A stretch of 63,670 nucleotides of DNA, the filler included, from Octopus bimaculoides (taxonomy: Eukaryota): NCBI RefSeq assembly GCF_001194135.2. It is 3 parts of 3 records of this genome, joined end to end, with 100 filler letters (N's around TTAATTAATTAA, not from the genome) between each part and the next. Parts side by side here need not be neighbours in the genome. Positions count along the whole stretch, not along the records: positions 61,733 to 63,670 come from NC_068982.1; 2 more parts are not named here. One strand, written 5' to 3'. Below the pieces are notes generated by a model. That model made no database searches. It was not told the DNA's origin and saw only the letters and a list, made by a program, of their open reading frames with translations. How positions within the stretch are numbered: position 1 is the stretch's first letter; each line of letters starts with the position of its first letter. Positions 61,830-63,670 of this stretch are shown here, piece after piece. The translations under genes were made by a program, and so were the position numbers.

Positions 61830-62575
61830 ACTCTATTTCTGTCTGTCAGCCTCTTCACCCTTATTCGTTCATTCCACTATTCGTTCTTGCGTTCCCCCTC
61901 GCTCACACTTCCTTGCCTTCTATTCTTACTCACTTTCCCTCCACTTTTCACTTCACTGTGTCCCTGTCATTTTTTCTCGCCCCTCCTTAATTTTTTTGTC
62001 CCTCTGCCTCTACTTCTCTCTCTTCTTTTCCCATGTGACCGATGTTCGGCCGAGCCTGACCTTTCTTTCTTGTCCGGCCGTTGTGCGTGCAACATCGTTA
62101 TTCCTCCCTGTGCCTGTGAAATCTTGTATCCCTGCTGTTAGGCCTTATTTCCATACACGCCAGCTTAATTTAATTCGTCCTTAGTCGAAAGACAGCTGTT
62201 GTTATGTCCTGTTATTATTTTTACTGTATTTGTGTAACATTGTTCGTTTTTTTCTGTCCTTGTTTTTGTATACATTCGCTGCTTTCTTCCAAGGAATCTA
62301 ATGCTCTTAGCTTAGTTTTTCCTTNNNNNNNNNNTTCTTCCAAGGAATCTAATGCTCTTAGCTTAGTTTTTCCTTGGGGCTGGCCAGATTGGAGCAATAT
62401 CGAGAATAACCAGCCGAAATTGCAAGGATAATTTGGTTCTCGACTGAAGAGAGAAAACTCCGAATGACCTCTCGGTGTTTTCTTTGTATCGTCTATCTGT
62501 GTTTTGTCTCTTTCTTGTATCACCTAACTATCTGGATGTTTTGGGTTCTTGTCGCATTCTGTATTATTTATATAT
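61830..62575 (+). mobile_element. Probable Penelope-like non-coding 3' or terminal-repeat fragment
   Basis: CpG-retaining C/T-rich block, then ctgaagagagaaaactccgaat and a T-rich end, the same organisation as 23400-23972; no coding evidence. Confidence 0.45.
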
Positions 62576-63639
62576 AGTGGGAAACGAGAAGTTCAGTACT
62601 TCAAAATAACGAACGGTTTCATCTCGAGTCAAGAGTGACTTACTATTTAGAACGAATCTACTTCTAGAATCAGCAATATTGCCTCAGTCGGGAGGAAAGC
62701 GACCGAACTTTTTCAATTGCTTCTCAAACACCACTAAAAAAGAAGTGATATCTTTTTTATTCTCTCACCTGCCCCTCAGTCCCTCTCTTTCTCTTTCTCC
62801 CCCTCTCTCTCTCTCTCTCTCTCTCTTTCTTTTTTTGTCCATCTCTTTCTCTCTCACAAGTCATTCTGACGTGCTAATCAAAACAAATATGGATAATCTC
62901 GGACATAAAGTGTATTACGTATATGGATTACACACACAAACACACATACACGTACACACACGCACGCTCGCGTGCAGGGTTCCCATGAACCCCTATTTCT
63001 TCCTTTCTCTTTATTTCAACTTCATCAAGTTTCTTCAGCTATTTATCATCATCACTGTCACATCACTTTTATTCAATGTTTTACCACTCTTCTCATGGAG
63101 TATATTATAATGTGTATGTGAGTGTGTCTGTTTGTGTGCGTGTGTGGGTGTATGTGTGCGTGTGTGCGTAATAGATTTATCATTTATGCATACATATACA
63201 TATGTATATATATATATATATATAATACATATATGTATGCATATGAGTATATATGTGCATTATATATGTATGCACACATATATGCACACACGCGGACATG
63301 CATGCAGCTACATAAATATCTGACACATATACACACAATCGCACATACACACACACAGACACACACACCCGTGCACATAAACACACAAAGAAACACACAC
63401 ATACATACAAAAGACTATCTACCTGTCAACCTACGCCTGCTTACTCACACTTCCATGTTATATCACTATTACTCTACTTTTGTATTTTGTTTTTTTCTTT
63501 GTTTTCTATTTAGCAATCTCTTCTAAATCGGATTCTTTCTGTTATCCCTTCACTCACCACTTTATGGCGCCAACCTTCCTTGTCTATCTTCACATACATA
63601 CATACATACATACATACATACATACATAATACATACATG

Positions 63640-63670
<31 letters not shown>

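Overview
AT-rich, microsatellite-dense animal genomic DNA from a gapped scaffold, not prokaryotic. The repeat families look like those I recall from Octopus (cephalopod) assemblies, though I could not check this by search. Most of the window is intronic sequence packed with decayed mobile elements: RTE-clade LINE fragments, at least three tRNA-derived SINE families, a hAT transposon with both ends and an 8-bp TSD, Tc1/mariner relics, TTAA-targeting piggyBac-type MITEs and Penelope-like fragments. Two host genes are partly visible. (1) A minus-strand gene on the left has a 39-nt microexon (16585-16623) that splices in frame onto a proline-rich exon (7792 running into the gap at 7605); I cannot identify it. 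(2) A plus-strand gene lies right of an artificial scaffold join (31452-31551). Its 93-nt phase-1 exon (39555-39647) can splice in frame to three alternative C-termini: a short two-exon tail, a 4.8-kb terminal exon encoding about 1600 disordered residues with about 34 decapeptide repeats (D-S-Y-D-S-R-R-M-T-A), and a second large, internally duplicated exon (59703 to the gap at 61632). That layout and one peptide motif suggest the 3' end of a giant-ankyrin-type gene (inference only). The decapeptide array is the most striking unexplained feature. All exon calls rest on splice signals, reading phase and codon pattern only; SINE and LINE boundaries are approximate.
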